Assembly (NCBI GenBank): GCA_963665845.2
Contig: OY762492.1
Location: forward strand, 2,080,001 to 2,144,000
From: Candidatus Poribacteria bacterium
GTDB taxonomy: Bacteria > Poribacteria > WGA-4E > GCA-2687025
DNA length: 64,000 nt
Reading direction: 5' to 3'
Part shown: one piece after another, positions 47,448-59,444 of the stretch
Layout of the letters: each line of letters starts with the position of its first letter
Position numbering within the stretch: the stretch's first letter is position 1
Notes under the pieces: generated by a model
Told to the model about the DNA's origin: nothing
Seen by the model: only the letters and a program-made list of their open reading frames with translations
The model's database searches: none
Program-made: the position numbers and the translations under genes

Positions 47448-48488
47448 TTAAAATATCGGGTTCGGTTCAAGCGATTCCGGAACAGGCTCCCCCAGATGAA
47501 CATACGCCTGCGGAGTGAGAGACCGCCCGCGCTGCGTCTTGCTAAGGAAACCGATCTGTATCAAAAACGGCTCATACACATCCTCGATGGTGCGCGCGTC
47601 CTCGCTGACAGCGGAGGCGATCGTGTTGAGTCCGGCGTATCCTCCGCGCTCAATGATCGCATGCATGATGCGCCGATCCGTTTCGTCCAGTCCGATGGAG
47701 TCGACGCCGAGCCTGTCGAGAGCGCCGCGCGCCAAGTCGTAGGTGATGACGCCGTCGCCGAGAGCGTCCGCAAAGTCGCGGATGCGGCGGAGATAACGTT
47801 TGGCGATTCGGGGCGTTCCGCGGGCGCGCTTGGCGATTTCGGCGGCGCCGTCCGCTTCCACGCGAATCTGAAACAGATCGGCGTCCCGCTGAATAATCTC
47901 CGCCAGCTCCTCGGCGCTGTAAAAATCTAGGCGCAGACGAATGCCGAACCGGTCGCGCAAGGGACCGGTCAACAGCCCCTCCCGCGTCGTCGCGCCAATC
48001 AGCGTGAAGCTGCCGAGAGGAAGGCGCACCGGACGCGCTCCTGGGCCGCCCTGCCCGATGACGATGTTCAGAAAAAAATCCTCCATCGCCGGATATAAAA
48101 GCTCCTGCGTCCGCTGGTTGACGCGGTGGATCTCGTCGATAAACAGCACCGATCCGCTATGGCTCCCGTCTTGTCTCAAGCCTGACAGGATCGACGTCAG
48201 CTCCAGCCGCTCAATGTTCGATCCGATGGCGCGGGTGAAGCCGACGCCCATCTCGTTCGCGGCGATCTCCGCCAGCGTCGTCTTGCCGAGACCCTTCGGA
48301 CCGACCAGCAGCACATGGTCAAGCGATTCCTCCCGCTGCTGCGCGGCGCGGATAAACACGCTTAGCTGATCCCGTATCTCCTCCTGCCCGATGAACTCGT
48401 CCAGAGAGCGCGGGCGGAAAGTGTGATGCGTCTGTTCATCTTCGGGCTGCTCCTCGGTTGAGGTCAGCGGCTCGCTTCTCTTTTTCAT
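47448..48488 (-). CDS. ruvB: Holliday junction helicase RuvB
   Basis: FRPRSLDEFIGQ, GPKGLGKTT, FIDEIHR, GATTR, RGTPRIA, EPFLIQ. Confidence 0.97.
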   Translation of the reverse strand: MKKRSEPLTSTEEQPEDEQTHHTFRPRSLDEFIGQEEIRDQLSVFIRAAQQREESLDHVLLVGPKGLGKTTLAEIAANEMGVGFTRAIGSNIERLELTSILSGLRQDGSHSGSVLFIDEIHRVNQRTQELLYPAMEDFFLNIVIGQGGPGARPVRLPLGSFTLIGATTREGLLTGPLRDRFGIRLRLDFYSAEELAEIIQRDADLFQIRVEADGAAEIAKRARGTPRIAKRYLRRIRDFADALGDGVITYDLARGALDRLGVDSIGLDETDRRIMHAIIERGGYAGLNTIASAVSEDARTIEDVYEPFLIQIGFLSKTQRGRSLTPQAYVHLGEPVPESLEPNPIF

Positions 48489-49081
48489 GACGCCTTCGAT
48501 CTAGCTTGAAGCGCGGCGCGCAACAGCTCGTCCACGGAGGCGCCGTCGCCGAGACTGCGCCGCGCCTCCCGCACCGCTTTTTCCGCCTCCAGCTCCTCGG
48601 CGCCGAGAGCGACCATCGCTTTGACAGCGTCTCCGATCGGACCCTGAAGACGCATTGACCCCAGCTCCATCGGCTCAATGGCGCCCCATTTATTTTGCAG
48701 GTCAAGAATGACGCGCTGCGCCGTTTTCTTGCCGACGCCGCGCGCGCGCGCGATGGAAGCCGCGTCGCCCGACTGCACCGCGGCGACCAGCTCTTCGGGC
48801 GTCAAAACGGACAGCGCCGCCAGCGCCGACCGCGCCCCGATGCCGCTGACGCCGATCAAATCCTGAAAAATAGCCCGTTCCCTTCGGCGCAAAAAGCCGA
48901 ACAAGGTCCGCTCATCCGCCCGAACATGATCATGCGTGTAGAGATGAATCTCGCCGCCGGGATCGGGCATGTTCATGAGCGCGCGCTGCGTCACAAACGC
49001 CTCATAACCGACGCCCTGAATGTTGACAACGACCGAATTTTCGGTCGCTTCCACAAACGCGCCGCGCAGGAAGACGATCAT
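48485..49081 (-). CDS. ruvA: Holliday junction DNA-binding protein RuvA
   Basis: GVGYE, LFGF, VSGIGARSAL, GVGKKTAQRVILDL. Confidence 0.96.
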   Translation of the reverse strand: MIVFLRGAFVEATENSVVVNIQGVGYEAFVTQRALMNMPDPGGEIHLYTHDHVRADERTLFGFLRRRERAIFQDLIGVSGIGARSALAALSVLTPEELVAAVQSGDAASIARARGVGKKTAQRVILDLQNKWGAIEPMELGSMRLQGPIGDAVKAMVALGAEELEAEKAVREARRSLGDGASVDELLRAALQARSKAS

Positions 49082-49572
49082 GGTAGGCTGAACGCGGGCG
49101 AAGAAGGGGAAAGCAGACGGCAGATTGCCAGCGCCAACCCGTCCGCCGCGTCGTCCGGTTTTGGGAGATCGGGCAAGCCCAGCAGCGTCTTCGTCATATA
49201 CCGCACCTGGTCTTTAGTGGCGCGTCCGACGCCGGCGACTCCGATCTTCACCTGGCTCGGCTTGTAATGCGCGACCGGCAACCCGCTCTGCGCCGCCGCC
49301 AAGAGAGCCACCCCGCGCGCCTGCGCAACCGCGATCCCTGTCGTCACATTCTTTTTAAAAAACAGCTCCTCTACCGCCGCCTCGTCCGGCTGATGCTCCT
49401 CCATCACCTTGCGCAGACCGTCGTAAATGCGTTCCAGCCGCTTCTCGATCGCTTCGCCCGCCGGCGTCCGGATGACGTTGTGCGCGCGCCAGCGCAGCGA
49501 CCCGCCCGCGCCATGCTCCGCCACCCCGTAACCGGTGATCGCCACCCCAGGATCGATGCCCAATACCTTCAT
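49078..49572 (-). CDS. ruvC: Holliday junction resolvase RuvC
   Basis: LGIDPG, AVEELFF, QARGV, PDDAADGLA. Confidence 0.97.
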   Translation of the reverse strand: MKVLGIDPGVAITGYGVAEHGAGGSLRWRAHNVIRTPAGEAIEKRLERIYDGLRKVMEEHQPDEAAVEELFFKKNVTTGIAVAQARGVALLAAAQSGLPVAHYKPSQVKIGVAGVGRATKDQVRYMTKTLLGLPDLPKPDDAADGLALAICRLLSPSSPAFSLP

Positions 49573-49575
49573 GAA

Positions 49576-50334
49576 TCACGCCGCGCTTTCCTGATACCGC
49601 TCCATCAATGCGTCGTCCATATCCATGTCTGCGTACACATTGGAAACATCGTCAAGCTCTTCCAGCGCGTCCATCAGTTTCAGCGCCTCCAGCGCCTGCT
49701 CCGCGTCCAGCTGAAGGGGCGCGGCGGGGGTCATGCGCAGGTCGGCGTTGGCGGTCGGTATCTCTTCCGCTTCCAGAGCCGCGCACACCGCATGGAACGC
49801 TTCGATGGTCGTTTCGATCTCGTAGCCGTTTTCGTCGTCGGTCACGTCGTCCGCGCCGGCGTCCAGGGCGGTCATGATCAGCGTCTCTTCGTCGGCGTCC
49901 TCTAGGTTGACAAGGATGCTTCCTTTTCGGTTGAACTTCCACGCGACCGAGTTGCGTTCGGCGAGTGCGCCGCCGTTTTTGTTGAGCGCGCGGCGCAGTT
50001 CGGCGCTGGTGCGGTGTCGGTTGTCGGTCGCCGCTTCGATATAGAGCGCGACGCCATGCGGTCCGTACGCTTCATACGCGCATTCTTCGTAGTCGGCGCC
50101 TTCCAGTTCGCCCGCGCCGCGCAGGATCGCTTTTTCGATGGTGTCGTTCGGTATATTTTCGGCGCGCGCGTTGGAGACGGCGGTGCGCAGGCGCGGGTTT
50201 GCTTCCGGATCCTTGCCGCCCACGCGCGACGCGACGGTCAGCTCGCGCAGCATCTTCGACATCATCTTGCTGCGGCGCGAATCGTTCACCGCCTTTTTTC
50301 GCTTGATTTTTGACCACTTAGAATGTCCAGCCAT
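49576..50334 (-). CDS. yebC: YebC/PmpR family protein
   Basis: MAGHSKW, NPRLR, YEAYGP, TDNRHRT, LEELDDVSNVY. Confidence 0.95.
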   Translation of the reverse strand: MAGHSKWSKIKRKKAVNDSRRSKMMSKMLRELTVASRVGGKDPEANPRLRTAVSNARAENIPNDTIEKAILRGAGELEGADYEECAYEAYGPHGVALYIEAATDNRHRTSAELRRALNKNGGALAERNSVAWKFNRKGSILVNLEDADEETLIMTALDAGADDVTDDENGYEIETTIEAFHAVCAALEAEEIPTANADLRMTPAAPLQLDAEQALEALKLMDALEELDDVSNVYADMDMDDALMERYQESAA

Positions 50335-50462
50335 ACCGCCTCGCTGTTAGGTCTCGTTCGTATGCCAATTTATCTTACACGATTTGAGCCTGAACAGCAT
50401 CCTTGATCGAGCGGTCTTATAGAAATTGCCATAGACGATGATCTATTGCCGGCGGAGCGCGG

Positions 50463-51362
50463 TTAACCTCCGACGACGCCGAAATACTCCTCAAAAAAGG
50501 CGTCCGCGTCCACATCGACAGCGATGCGGTGCGGTTTCTCGCCGCCGCTGTTGAAGAGCGTCGTTCCTTCCAGGGCGGGGCTGACCGTTTCTACCGAGAC
50601 GGAGCCGTCGGCGTATTTGCAGAGGTCTGGCTTGAAGATCGCCGCGGCGGCGAGCGGGTCATGGAAGGTGATGCCGCCGCGTCCGCGGAACCATATCTCC
50701 GCCATGTCAGCGACGACGCGGAGCGGTCCGCCCGCTTTATGGAAGCGGCGTCTGCACTCGTCGGCGGGGAGCTGGCATTTGGTCGTCACTTCAAGACCAA
50801 TGGAGGTGAAGCGGGGCGGTCGGGCGCGGTAGACCATAGCGGTCGCTGTCGGGTCGCTTCGGGCGTTCCATTCGCGCGCCCCAGGTCCCGCTCCATTATT
50901 TGAGGTGAAGACGCCGCACATCAAAACAAGCTCTTTCAGCAGCGGCGGCAATTCAGGATCAACGGCGAAGAGCAGCGCGATGTTCGTCAGCGGTCCGACG
51001 GCTAGGAGCGTGATCTCGCCGGGGCGGGCGCGTATCGTTTCTTGGAGAAACGGCACGGCTGAATGCGGCGGGAAGTCGGTGCGATGGGGGCGGTCGCGGA
51101 CCGCTTCGTATTGCGGGACATGGGGCTGCCCCGGCCCTGTGAGGAGCGGTCCAGGGGCGCCCGCATGGATGGGCGTTTCAGGGGCGTCGGAGGCGCCGCA
51201 GATGAGCGCGGCTAAGGCGGCGCGCTGCTGCGTGTCGCCGGTTGCGGTTGTGACGCCAAGCAGCTCGCAACGCTCCTGACGCAGCAAATAAGCGAGGCAG
51301 ACCGCGTCGTCAATGTCGGAGCCGATGTCGGTGTCGAACAGGATGGGGGTTTTGGGGTTCAT
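50463..51362 (-). CDS. Nucleoside hydrolase (IU-NH family)
   Basis: DTDIGSDIDD, GPLTNIA, REWN, FHDP. Confidence 0.9.
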   Translation of the reverse strand: MNPKTPILFDTDIGSDIDDAVCLAYLLRQERCELLGVTTATGDTQQRAALAALICGASDAPETPIHAGAPGPLLTGPGQPHVPQYEAVRDRPHRTDFPPHSAVPFLQETIRARPGEITLLAVGPLTNIALLFAVDPELPPLLKELVLMCGVFTSNNGAGPGAREWNARSDPTATAMVYRARPPRFTSIGLEVTTKCQLPADECRRRFHKAGGPLRVVADMAEIWFRGRGGITFHDPLAAAAIFKPDLCKYADGSVSVETVSPALEGTTLFNSGGEKPHRIAVDVDADAFFEEYFGVVGG

Positions 51363-51381
51363 GGCAGGTTCTTCCCTTTTT

Positions 51382-51538
51382 GGCAGTACACTGATATGGA
51401 GATTTCATTTTTAACCCTAAAGCGTCCGCGCCGATCGTCGTCATTCCCGCGTAAGCGGGAATCCAGAGTTCTCCAAGACAGCCTCCTCATTCCAAAACGG
51501 CTCTCTAAAATCAGCGTTATCGTCTATAGAGACTTGCC
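51382..51538 (+). mobile_element. MITE-like element homologous to 14558..14737; contains the methyltransferase stop codon
   Basis: GGCAGTAC...GACTTGCC ends; internal REP. Confidence 0.7.
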
Positions 51539-53037
51539 TTTTCAGCGCCTACAGACTCAGATATGTTCCAACTCAAGCGGCTAGCTCCCTTACCTTCATA
51601 AGAGAACTTCTTTCTCCAAACGCAAACGCTTTTTCGCAGCGGCGCGCGTCCGTAGGCGCCCATTTGCTGGCTGCTGTTGCCTTTCTTGACGGGCGCGACC
51701 AGTATGCTTTCCACCTCAAAACCAAGCGAGCGGGCGATGTCGGACAGGATCAGATCGACGGAGACGCTGACGCCCGCATACCGCACATTGTCGTTCACCA
51801 TGAAGAGCGGCGCGCCAGGCTTCAAGACGCGGGCGCATTCGCCGATGACGCATGCCGTCTCCAAAAAATAACCGCGCGCCATGCGCGGAATGCCGTTGTT
51901 GTTCAGCCTTTTAGCCTTTCTTTCGCGCTCAAGATAGGCGTTCACCGCGCCAAGCAGCTTTTGACGATTCGCCGCTTCGATAAACGGACTCCAGTTCGGA
52001 CATATTTTCAGCAAATCTTTTTCGCGGTTCTCAACCGTACAGCTAAGCATATTTTGCCGCAGTTCAGACACTTCCGATTGGGTCAGTCCAAGCATCGTCA
52101 GCTCAAGCGCGTAAGTCCGCGTGTAATCGTAGCGGTTGCAGTACGGCGGAGAGGTGACGACAGCGCTATAAGCGTTCGCCTCCAGCGTCGGCAGGATATT
52201 CAGGCATGAACCTTTGAACAGGCGGATGTCTCCCTGTTCAGCTTGCTTCGTTGGAAAGAGCGCGGCGGGCATTTTTGCGCGGCGGATGTCCGTTACGATT
52301 TCGTTGATTTTATCGGCGGCCGCGTCATCGAAAGCGGCGATGGCGCCTTTATGAAACGGCTTTGTCCCTGGACGCCGCCTGCCGGAACGGGCGTCCCAGC
52401 GCAGATACTGTCCGTCTTTTCGGGTGTAGCTGACGCTTTCTAAAACGCACAGCAGCGCCATGCGCAGAATCGCCTGAACGCGCTTATTTTCTTGTTGAAT
52501 GGCGGCTCGATACCGTTCAATTGCGTCGACGGTTTCGGGCGGGTATGCGTTTTCAGTGATGCGAATGACGCTAAAAGGCAGTCGGTTGGGGCAATCAACC
52601 CATGGCCGCTCACTTGTCCACTTTTCAAGTTTGGCGATGTCGCTGTCGGTCATTTTTCGTTCGGCGAGAAGGCGGGAATAGATAATCTCTTGTCCGACAG
52701 GCAGCAGCTCAATGCCGTCGGCAGAATTGCCTAAAGCGCCGGCGGCAAAGAGCGCGGTGCCGACGCCTGCAAACGGGTCTAGAATTCGACCGGCAACAGG
52801 CTCGCCGTATCGGTTGAGCAGATATTCGACAAGGTCGGCTGAAAACGCCTCTTTGTATTTATACCATCCATAAGCGGATTTGCCCTTGTTGCCCTGAAAG
52901 CTAACGATTTTTCGAGAGAGAAACGGTTCCGGCGCCATTCGTCCGTCAAATTCCGCCGCGAGCTCGGCGTCCAGCGCGGCGATCTTGTCCAGCAGACGGT
53001 CGCTATTTGGATGCGCATGCGCAGTTTCAGGATTCAT
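51517..53037 (-). CDS. Orphan DNA amino-methyltransferase, probably N4-cytosine (resembles the AvaI/BsoBI type)
   Basis: WYKYKEAFS, DPFAGVGT (motif I) before TSPPY (motif IV), KGNSSQQMG; no adjacent endonuclease. The subfamily call is from memory. Confidence 0.85.
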   Translation of the reverse strand: MNPETAHAHPNSDRLLDKIAALDAELAAEFDGRMAPEPFLSRKIVSFQGNKGKSAYGWYKYKEAFSADLVEYLLNRYGEPVAGRILDPFAGVGTALFAAGALGNSADGIELLPVGQEIIYSRLLAERKMTDSDIAKLEKWTSERPWVDCPNRLPFSVIRITENAYPPETVDAIERYRAAIQQENKRVQAILRMALLCVLESVSYTRKDGQYLRWDARSGRRRPGTKPFHKGAIAAFDDAAADKINEIVTDIRRAKMPAALFPTKQAEQGDIRLFKGSCLNILPTLEANAYSAVVTSPPYCNRYDYTRTYALELTMLGLTQSEVSELRQNMLSCTVENREKDLLKICPNWSPFIEAANRQKLLGAVNAYLERERKAKRLNNNGIPRMARGYFLETACVIGECARVLKPGAPLFMVNDNVRYAGVSVSVDLILSDIARSLGFEVESILVAPVKKGNSSQQMGAYGRAPLRKSVCVWRKKFSYEGKGASRLSWNISESVGAEKASLYRR

Positions 53038-53058
53038 CAAGGCTCATCCATCCCTAGA

Positions 53059-53976
53059 TTAGAACGGCAGCGGCTCGCCCATCGAAGCCGTCCTCTCCGC
53101 ATACAGCTCTTGAAGCCGCCGCGTCGTCTCCCCGATCCCGCCGCTTCCGATGACCCGCCCGTCCACCTTCAACACGGGGCTAAGCTCCCCCATCGTTCCG
53201 CTCGTGAACATCTCATCGGCGGCGTACACTTCCGCCATCGAAATGTTCCGCTCCTCGACAGGGATGCCCGCTTCCCGCGCAATCTGCATCACAAACCCGC
53301 GCGTGATGCCCGGCAGGCAGCTGTCTGCCCGCGGTGTCAACAGCCGCCCGCGCTTCACAATAAAAATGTTCGTCGCGTTCGTCTCGGACACATAACCGTA
53401 CAAATCCAGCATGACCGCGTCGTCCGCGCCCGCAAGGTTCGCCTCAATCTTCGCCAGAATGTTGTTGGCAAGGTTGTTGTGATGAATCTTCGAGTCGAGC
53501 GTGGAGGGCGAATTGCGCCGCACCGACGATGTGATAAGCGAGACGCCCGCCGGGTTGTAGATCGGCTGCTTCCATTCCGGCAAAACGATCATCGTCAAGC
53601 CGTACTGGTTTCGCCGCGGGTCCATGCTGGAGGTGATCTTCAGCCCGCGGCTGATTGTCAGGCGCACATGGCAGCCGTCGCGCATTCCGTTCGCTTCAAG
53701 GGCGGCGAAAACGGCGCTCCGTATCGCGCCGCGGTCGGGGATGTCCTCAAACGCCATCGCTTTGGCCGAGTCGATCAGCCTGTCCAGATGCTCGTCGAAG
53801 GCGAAGATGCGTCCGTTGTAGACGCGCAGCCCTTCCCAGACGCCGTCCCCGCCTTGAACGAGGCTGTCGAAGACGGAGATTTTGGCGTCGTCCCGATGGT
53901 AAAGCCGCCCGTCGATCCAGACCTGGATGTCGGCGTTGCGCGGGTCTGGGAGCGGCGGTTCCGTCCGCGTTTTCAT
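53059..53976 (-). CDS. Class IV PLP aminotransferase (branched-chain/D-amino acid type)
   Basis: GDGVWEGLR, HLDRL, SETNATNIF, LPGITR, ADEMFTSGT. Confidence 0.9.
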   Translation of the reverse strand: MKTRTEPPLPDPRNADIQVWIDGRLYHRDDAKISVFDSLVQGGDGVWEGLRVYNGRIFAFDEHLDRLIDSAKAMAFEDIPDRGAIRSAVFAALEANGMRDGCHVRLTISRGLKITSSMDPRRNQYGLTMIVLPEWKQPIYNPAGVSLITSSVRRNSPSTLDSKIHHNNLANNILAKIEANLAGADDAVMLDLYGYVSETNATNIFIVKRGRLLTPRADSCLPGITRGFVMQIAREAGIPVEERNISMAEVYAADEMFTSGTMGELSPVLKVDGRVIGSGGIGETTRRLQELYAERTASMGEPLPF

Positions 53977-54758
53977 TGCCGTTTGAGCCTTCCCCATTGA
54001 AGCGGGAGTTTGCCGGCAGGTTCCACCGACAGCGTCGTATCCATCTGATCCTGTATTTCGTTCTGCGTTCGGACGACATCGGAGATGCGCACCTCGTCAA
54101 TGGCGCCGTGGAAGTATCCTTGGCCGTCCCCCTTGAAGCCGATGTAAAGGACGGTCGCGGTGGGGTCGACCGCTTCGTTGACGGTTCCTTCGGTTTTCAG
54201 TTCGCCGTCCACATAGATTTTCGCGTCACGGCTGCCGCCGTCGAAGGTGAGAGCGGTATGGCGCCATTCGCCGACATGGTCAATGAAATGGTAATCGTTC
54301 GTCGACTCGAGGCGGGCGCCCCAGATGCCGAACCAGAGCGCGCCGCTGTTGGCGCCGTGAACGACCCACTGGTAGGCGTTGCCTTTGAAGACGATGGCGC
54401 CGGCGCCTGTCCACTTGTCGGGAGAGGAGTCGGCGCGTATCCATGCTTCGATGGTGATGTCGCCGGTGTCAGGGTGAAGGTTGTCGTTGTTTTGGACGAC
54501 GACGCGGGCGTTGGAGCCGTTGAAGAGCAGGGCGGTTCCAGAAATGCCCGCCGTCCATTCGCCTTTTTCAATCTCGCCGGCGCTATCGAACTGGGAGGAG
54601 TCTTCGGCGTCGTCCCCCGCGCCTTCGTCGAATGCCCAGTAGGCGATCACGTTGTCGTCAACGACGCCTTCGGCATAGGCTGTAACGGCGGTCATCGCAG
54701 CGGTTATCACAGCGGTCATCGCGGCGAGCAGGGCGTACATCCATCGCGCGTATTTCAT
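53973..54758 (-). CDS. Secreted LamG-like jellyroll protein with C-terminal motif
   Basis: YWAFDEG, ITIEAWI, WRHTALTFDG, FHGAIDEVRISD; ends LSVEPAGKLPLQWGRLKRQ. Confidence 0.9.
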   Translation of the reverse strand: MKYARWMYALLAAMTAVITAAMTAVTAYAEGVVDDNVIAYWAFDEGAGDDAEDSSQFDSAGEIEKGEWTAGISGTALLFNGSNARVVVQNNDNLHPDTGDITIEAWIRADSSPDKWTGAGAIVFKGNAYQWVVHGANSGALWFGIWGARLESTNDYHFIDHVGEWRHTALTFDGGSRDAKIYVDGELKTEGTVNEAVDPTATVLYIGFKGDGQGYFHGAIDEVRISDVVRTQNEIQDQMDTTLSVEPAGKLPLQWGRLKRQ

Positions 54759-54835
54759 CGGTTTCTCCTGTTTTTGCCGATGCGGGTTTGCGCGATTCTA
54801 CCATAACTGAACGGCAGCCGTTACTTTCAATAGGG

Positions 54836-55075
54836 CAGGCGGTAAAATGCGCGGGAATCCAGAGGCGAACCCGAAACAGGCCGCGCCACTCGCCGTCATT
54901 CCCGCGCAAGCGGGAATCCAGAGGCGAACCCGAAACCGGCCGCGTTCGGCAAAAAGCGTCATACCGCCGGACGTCATTCCCGCGTAAGCGGGAATGACGA
55001 ATAGCCCAATGACAGCGGTTGGGGCGCGGTTTCTGGACTCCCCCCTTGAAAAGGGGGGCTGGGGGGGTTTCCGCC
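54836..55075. repeat. Repeat cluster: three REP hairpins plus a CCCCCTTGAAAAGGGGG hairpin
   Basis: Same modules as the 79-bp array (GAGGCGAACCCGAAAC linker). Confidence 0.85.
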
Positions 55076-55105
55076 GCTTGCGGCGGCCGGACGCGGAAGG
55101 AGCGT

Positions 55106-55978
55106 TCAGGAGGCCGCCAAACTGCGCAGCCGCGCTAGATTCACGCGGTGGCTTTTCAGGTCGTCCGGCGTCTCGATATAACACGGGACGGAACGCAAAC
55201 GGCTGTCCGCAAACAGCCGCCTGAACGGCTCCTCGCCGATATGCCCCTCGCCGATATGCTCATGCCGGTCGACGCATGATCCGAGTTCCCCTTTGGAGTC
55301 GTTCAGATGCAGCGCAAAGAGACGATCAAAGCCGACATGCTCCTCAAACTCCGCCCATACCGCGTCAAACCCGTCCCCGCGCAGATCATAACCCGCCGCA
55401 AACAGATGGCATGTGTCTATGCAGACGCCGAACCGCTCCGCCGGTTCTAGGCGTTGCAGCGCCGCCCCTATCTCCTCAAAGGTTCGTCCGATGCTGCTGC
55501 CCTGCCCCGCCGCGTTTTCCAACAAAACGCGCGTTGATGAGTCGACCTCCGCCGCCAGGCGGTTCAGCTCCTCCGCCAGGCGTTCCCCCGCCTCTTCGGG
55601 CTGGCTCGTTAGACGGGAACCCATATGCAGCACCACATGCGGAATCGACATCGCTTCGCACCTGATCAGCTCGTTGGCGAAGGCGTCCGCCGCCCGTTCG
55701 CGCACATCGTCTTTGGGCGACGCCAAATTCGCCAGATAAGACGCATGCGAAATCACAAGCGGCTTGCCCGCCCGTTCCCATGCCGCCATATACGGATCGA
55801 TGCGGTCGGCGGTCAACGGCTTCGCCCGGTAACTGCGCGGGCTTGCCGTGAAAATCTGTATGACGTCGGCGCCCCATTCCTCGGCGTATTGAAACACCCC
55901 ATGGAACCCTTTGTCCGCCCGTATATGCGCTCCGATGCGCGGCTCTACTGCCTCTGCGTTAAGACCTGCTGCGCCCAC
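55106..55978 (-). CDS. nfo: Endonuclease IV
   Basis: IGAH, QIFT, HASYLANL, LLENAAGQG, CIDTCH, HLNDSK, DRHEHIGEG, IETP. Confidence 0.95.
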   Translation of the reverse strand: MGAAGLNAEAVEPRIGAHIRADKGFHGVFQYAEEWGADVIQIFTASPRSYRAKPLTADRIDPYMAAWERAGKPLVISHASYLANLASPKDDVRERAADAFANELIRCEAMSIPHVVLHMGSRLTSQPEEAGERLAEELNRLAAEVDSSTRVLLENAAGQGSSIGRTFEEIGAALQRLEPAERFGVCIDTCHLFAAGYDLRGDGFDAVWAEFEEHVGFDRLFALHLNDSKGELGSCVDRHEHIGEGHIGEEPFRRLFADSRLRSVPCYIETPDDLKSHRVNLARLRSLAAS

Positions 55979-56382
55979 TCTTTCTCCAATGCGTCCAGAC
56001 TGCCTAAGCGTATTGTTGGTATGAGCGACTGGTCAAAACGTTTCAAGCCGTCCCTGCCGAGGCGCTCTATTTCGTCTAAGCACCGCCGCGCCGCCGCCGC
56101 CAATTCCGCCGCGTTCACGCCGTAACGTTCGGGGTAAAACTTGTCGACCCGCTGAATGCCGCGGTTTAGCAGGTTGCGCGCGCCGACATAATTCAACCCC
56201 GAAAGATGGTAAAAGCCGACCGCGATCTGCAGTATCCCTTGAAAAAACTCCCGCTCGACAGGGCGCGGATCGTCCATCCAGATCGCCTCCAGCGTCTCAT
56301 GGCACTCAAAGAAGAGGCGGCGGTTGAACTCGTCAATTGCCTGTTCAAAGCGGCGCTGGACGCTTCCGCCGTTTCCGCTCAT
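55945..56382 (-). CDS. DUF309 family protein
   Basis: FN...FFECHETLEAIW...QGILQIAVGFYH. Confidence 0.9.
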   Translation of the reverse strand: MSGNGGSVQRRFEQAIDEFNRRLFFECHETLEAIWMDDPRPVEREFFQGILQIAVGFYHLSGLNYVGARNLLNRGIQRVDKFYPERYGVNAAELAAAARRCLDEIERLGRDGLKRFDQSLIPTIRLGSLDALEKEWAQQVLTQRQ

Positions 56383-57203
56383 TCGCCCGCCGAGGGAACC
56401 GCAATCGGGGTGGAGGGGTCGTTGCCCCATTCCGCCCAGGAGCGGAGATAGTTGCGCGCCTTCTGATAACCCGCCAGCCGCAGCGCCATGTACACCTGCG
56501 CCGAACGAATACCGATCTGGCAGTAGCAGGCGATCTCCTTCTCCGGCGTAATGCCCCTGTCGATCATCATGGCGCGAATCTCATCAAGGTCTCGAAAGCG
56601 GGTGATCTTGTTCTCATCCGTATAAACAAGCTCCGACCACTCAATACGCTCGGCGCCGGGGATATGCCCGTTTCGCTTCGCTTCTTTTTGACGACCCGTA
56701 TATTCGCCCTCGGAGCGGCTGTCGATGAGAACAACGTTCTCGTTGTCCAGATTCGCCAATACCCACTCTTTTGTGGCGAGGTTGTCGTATGGAGCCTCTG
56801 CGCGTTTTTCGGGTCGGCTGGCGCCGTCTGTCGTTGGCGTCGGCTTGCCTTTTTCGATGGGCAGCCCTTTAGCCGCCCAGGCGCTGAATCCGCCGTTCAG
56901 AATGCTGACATGCCACTCGCGCCCGCCGCGTTCCAACGCCCACAGAACCGGTCCGGTTCCCAGCCCGCTTCCGTCGTCGTAAAGCATGAGATTATGCGCC
57001 CCGTAAAGACCGAGCGGCGCAAGCATATCGGCGATCTCAAGCGGGTCGGACGTCTGAATCTTCATGCCGTACAGGTTGACGGCGTTCGGCAGACGCGCCG
57101 CGCCGTACAGCTCTGGCTTTCGAGTGTCGACGAATGTCCATCTGCCGTCCCGGCTAAGGGCAAGGTCGGGTTCCGCCAGCCCGACCGGCTTGAAGTTCGC
57201 CAT
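56379..57203 (-). CDS. Two-domain rhodanese/sulfurtransferase
   Basis: LNGGFSAW, IDSRSEGEY, GHIPGA, active-site CQIGIRS, SWAEW. Confidence 0.9.
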   Translation of the reverse strand: MANFKPVGLAEPDLALSRDGRWTFVDTRKPELYGAARLPNAVNLYGMKIQTSDPLEIADMLAPLGLYGAHNLMLYDDGSGLGTGPVLWALERGGREWHVSILNGGFSAWAAKGLPIEKGKPTPTTDGASRPEKRAEAPYDNLATKEWVLANLDNENVVLIDSRSEGEYTGRQKEAKRNGHIPGAERIEWSELVYTDENKITRFRDLDEIRAMMIDRGITPEKEIACYCQIGIRSAQVYMALRLAGYQKARNYLRSWAEWGNDPSTPIAVPSAGE

Positions 57204-57680
57204 CTATTTCTTTCCCTTTGTCAACGGAACCGGCGCGCCGAACGGCTTTGCGAACTGATGAATCAGCTCCACGCGGTCGTAGGTGGAGTACTCAAAATCT
57301 TTCGTCATCGTCAAGCACTCGGTCGGGCATGCCTCAACGCACAAGCCGCAGAAACAGCAGAGCGACATGTCGATGTCGAATCGGCTCGCGTTGCGCCGTA
57401 TGGGGACGTCTCCCGATGTCTTGGCGTAGATCATCCCCTTCGGCGCCTCTTCATAGTCGATGTAGATGCAATCGACGGGGCAGTCGTTGGCGCAGGCGAG
57501 GCAGACGACGCAATCCTCCATGACGTTGTGGAGCCTGTTGCGCGCCCCGTCGGGGATGTGCGGATGCCGTTCGGGGTATTCGTTCGTCACCGCCGGCTGG
57601 AAGAACTCCTTGATCGTGATGCGCATTCCTAGAGCCGCTGTCCAGACCGCTCCGTAAATGTTGCGTAGATACTGCCGCAT
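57204..57680 (-). CDS. NuoI-like 2x[4Fe-4S] protein
   Basis: VTNEYPE, CVVCLACANDCP, FDIDMSLCCFCGLCVEACP, DFEYS. Confidence 0.85.
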   Translation of the reverse strand: MRQYLRNIYGAVWTAALGMRITIKEFFQPAVTNEYPERHPHIPDGARNRLHNVMEDCVVCLACANDCPVDCIYIDYEEAPKGMIYAKTSGDVPIRRNASRFDIDMSLCCFCGLCVEACPTECLTMTKDFEYSTYDRVELIHQFAKPFGAPVPLTKGKK

Positions 57681-57695
57681 CCATGACCCTTTCGG

Positions 57696-59444
<1,749 letters not shown>

